A stretch of 63,777 bases of DNA, filler included, from Hausera hauseri (taxonomy: Eukaryota), in assembly GCA_046269625.1 (NCBI GenBank). It is 11 parts of 11 records of this genome, joined end to end, with 100 filler letters (N's around TTAATTAATTAA, not from the genome) between each part and the next. Parts side by side here need not be neighbours in the genome. Positions count along the whole stretch, not along the records: positions 59,651 to 63,777 come from JBJURY010744987.1; 10 more parts are not named here. One strand, 5' to 3'. The notes below the pieces were generated by a model that searched no databases, was not told where the DNA came from, and was given only the letters and a program-made list of their open reading frames with translations. A program made the position numbers and the translations under genes. Shown one piece after another: positions 61,780 through 63,777 of this stretch. How positions within the stretch are numbered: the first letter of the stretch is position 1; each line of letters starts with the position of its first letter.

Positions 61780-63110
61780 TACCAGTTCCCCGGACTATAA
61801 CGAACATTTTCGTAAATACTATGATGCCTTACTTCGCCAATTTGATGGTTTATTTACGGATGAAGCAAAATTATGGCTGGAATATATGATACGCGCTAAC
61901 AAGTTTTTTCGATGGACATTTGTAGATCTATGTGAATTCTTGTTAACGGAACAATCCAAAATTCTGTGGACTGATTTTAAACAAAAAAAGAAGACCAACC
62001 ATCGGACGAAGAGGCCATAATACGGTTTAAAACCACGTTTATGAGGAAGGTGAACTCTCTCGATGGAGCAGTCGAATTACCTAACATGTGTCAAAAAGAA
62101 GGGGAAAGTTTCTGACATTTGAAATTAGGGTGCGCCAAGAAACTTACAAAATTTTTGAGTTGAACAAAGAAGTGCTAAGATAGTTGATTGTTTTCAAACC
62201 CAAATGACGGTAAAAAAAATGAAGGAGGTGGCTAAAATTTTGGAGGATAGCCAAACCGTAGAAGAGTGCAGAGAAATGGCTCCAGTGAAAAATCCTTCTG
62301 GATGCAGTAAGACAGAAACCTCGGATAGGCACCGTACGTGAAAGTCATGGAATATGATAGAAGACCGGTCACACACAACCGTGGAAGAGAATATCGAGAA
62401 AAGAAAGGTTTGAAACGAGGTCGATGAACAACAATTTTGCTCAGGACAAGAAACCACCTTTCAGTTTGATCACAGATAGGATATGTCGGGCTCTAACGCA
62501 TTCTGCGTATTATGAAGCCAGAGAGCTCTACTACCGTGTGAAACAGTTACCAGTGCCGAAAGAGGAAGTGCTATCTAAGGGTGATTATTTTTGCTGTTGA
62601 AAACATAGACACGTTAGAAGGAACTGCCCTTTAAACAACTTATATTTGATGTATGGACAAAATGGACACGGATTTAGAAGCTGTTTCAAATTACGACTGG
62701 TAAATCCGACGTGTGTGGAAGAGATGTATTAAGACCATAGGGATGAAATATTGCCCTATGAAGACGACGTACAGGAAACTTTAAACCCCAGAAACTCTGC
62801 TGTGAGCACTTCGTCAATGGAATTGGCGTAGAAAATGTACAAAATCAAGATGCAGCAATGGTAGTGGTGGAAGATGGCAGGCGGTGGAGTAAAGTGAAGT
62901 TGAACAAGTGTGAAATAGAAGTGTTGTTGGATAGTGGTGTCAGTGTGTCAGTAATCAGTGAAAAGATTTGGAAGGCGATAGGACAGCCTAGGCTAACAAA
63001 GTGCGCTTTAATATTGAGTGGGGCCTTTTCGAAAAGTGATGGTTGTTTTGAGCAGGTAAAAGTTAATGTGGAGTGGGATACTAAAATGCATAAAATTAAA
63101 TTGATAGTCG
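61780..63110 (+). mobile_element. Decayed LTR-retrotransposon gag-protease remnant (gypsy-like)
   Basis: Decayed zinc knuckles (HVRRNC, GHGFRSC) and VLLDSGVSVSVIS protease motif. Confidence 0.7.
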
Positions 63111-63115
63111 ATATT

Positions 63116-63214
63116 GATTTATTTCGATACTCGTTGAAACCAGAAGGAAAGGAATTGCCGCCATTTCGTGAAATTTTAGCCGGTGGCGGTGCTGGTATGT
63201 GTCAAATTATGGTG
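63116..63214 (+). pseudogene. Fragment of a mitochondrial carrier (glutamate carrier SLC25A18/22-like)
   Basis: DLFRYSLKPEGKELPPFREILAGGGAGMCQIMV resembles the DFFR..L..EMLAGCGAGTCQVIV segment of glutamate carriers. Confidence 0.65.
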
Positions 63215-63284
63215 GAATTGATGGAATTGATGAACTATAAGTGGTGTGAGAAAGTAACGTTCAATTTACTGGCTCACAATATTG

Positions 63285-63705
63285 ACATTAACAAACGCAA
63301 TGATTCTACGCTCCAATTCTAAGCAGATTTCACAGAATTATGATTTCTCGAATGGCACGACCTGAAGAATTACTAGTCGTTGAAAATGAACAGGGCGAAG
63401 TCGTGCGAGAATTCATGAAAGACAGACAGCATAAACCTGTATAAGAACATAAGGGAATGTTTGGTTTACCTTACCCATTTAAATAATGTTGAGATGATAA
63501 TGACAGAGAATCCCCGTCGCCAAATAGACGGCTTAGAATGGTCATGAAAAATCCAAACATTTTATGTTGGGCTATTGGTAGTATTTCCGGTGCCATGCAC
63601 GAGGAAGATGAAAGACGGTTCCTGGTCGTTGCCATCATAGATTTGTTGGGGATATATGAACAAAAACGAGGAAAGGACAACAAAGCCATTGTGGCTAGCT
63701 TCATC
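63285..63705 (+). pseudogene. XPO1: Exportin-1 (CRM1) internal fragment, frameshifted, no intron visible
   Basis: Hand translation: [82 protein letters not shown]. Confidence 0.92.
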
Positions 63706-63777
63706 ATCAAACAAATCCAGGTTAATAAAATTAATATTACGTTCATATTTGTTGCTGATAAAACCGTAATGCATATG

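Noticed and set aside
1-63777. One giant composite element or virus combining pPolB, env, integrases and a proteasome gene
   Set aside because: The parts lie on separate contigs; the integrases belong to LTR retrotransposons with adjacent RT/RNase H.

Overview
Eukaryotic, AT-rich DNA, probably from an invertebrate animal. The window is not contiguous: it is 11 separate contigs joined by artificial 100-bp linkers (N44-TTAATTAATTAA-N44) at 8199, 15576, 21976, 28811, 34722, 39461, 44934, 49081, 55016 and 59551, so adjacency across linkers means nothing. Most of it is mobile DNA: five decayed protein-primed DNA polymerase B (Polinton/Maverick-type) genes or fragments and five putative AGTAG-starting element ends, most followed by subterminal repeat arrays; five Ty3/gypsy-type LTR retrotransposon remnants (one with a baculovirus-F/errantivirus-like env, one with an env-like region fused to pol, one with an aspartic protease downstream of integrase); one BEL/Pao element with an uninterrupted ORF; and Tc1, mariner, piggyBac and RTE-like LINE fragments. 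One intact host gene is present, 26S proteasome subunit RPN2/PSMD1, with a single 49-nt intron. Host-gene fragments (exportin-1, a mitochondrial glutamate carrier, ankyrin repeats) are embedded in element debris. The most interesting signal is the pPolB family: the polymerase lies within about 1 kb of AGTAG ends, carries an unrecognised tandem Cys/His N-terminal module and an apparent ATG-only first exon, and no Polinton integrase, ATPase, maturation protease or capsid gene is visible in the window. All calls come from reading motifs by eye; no database searches were run.
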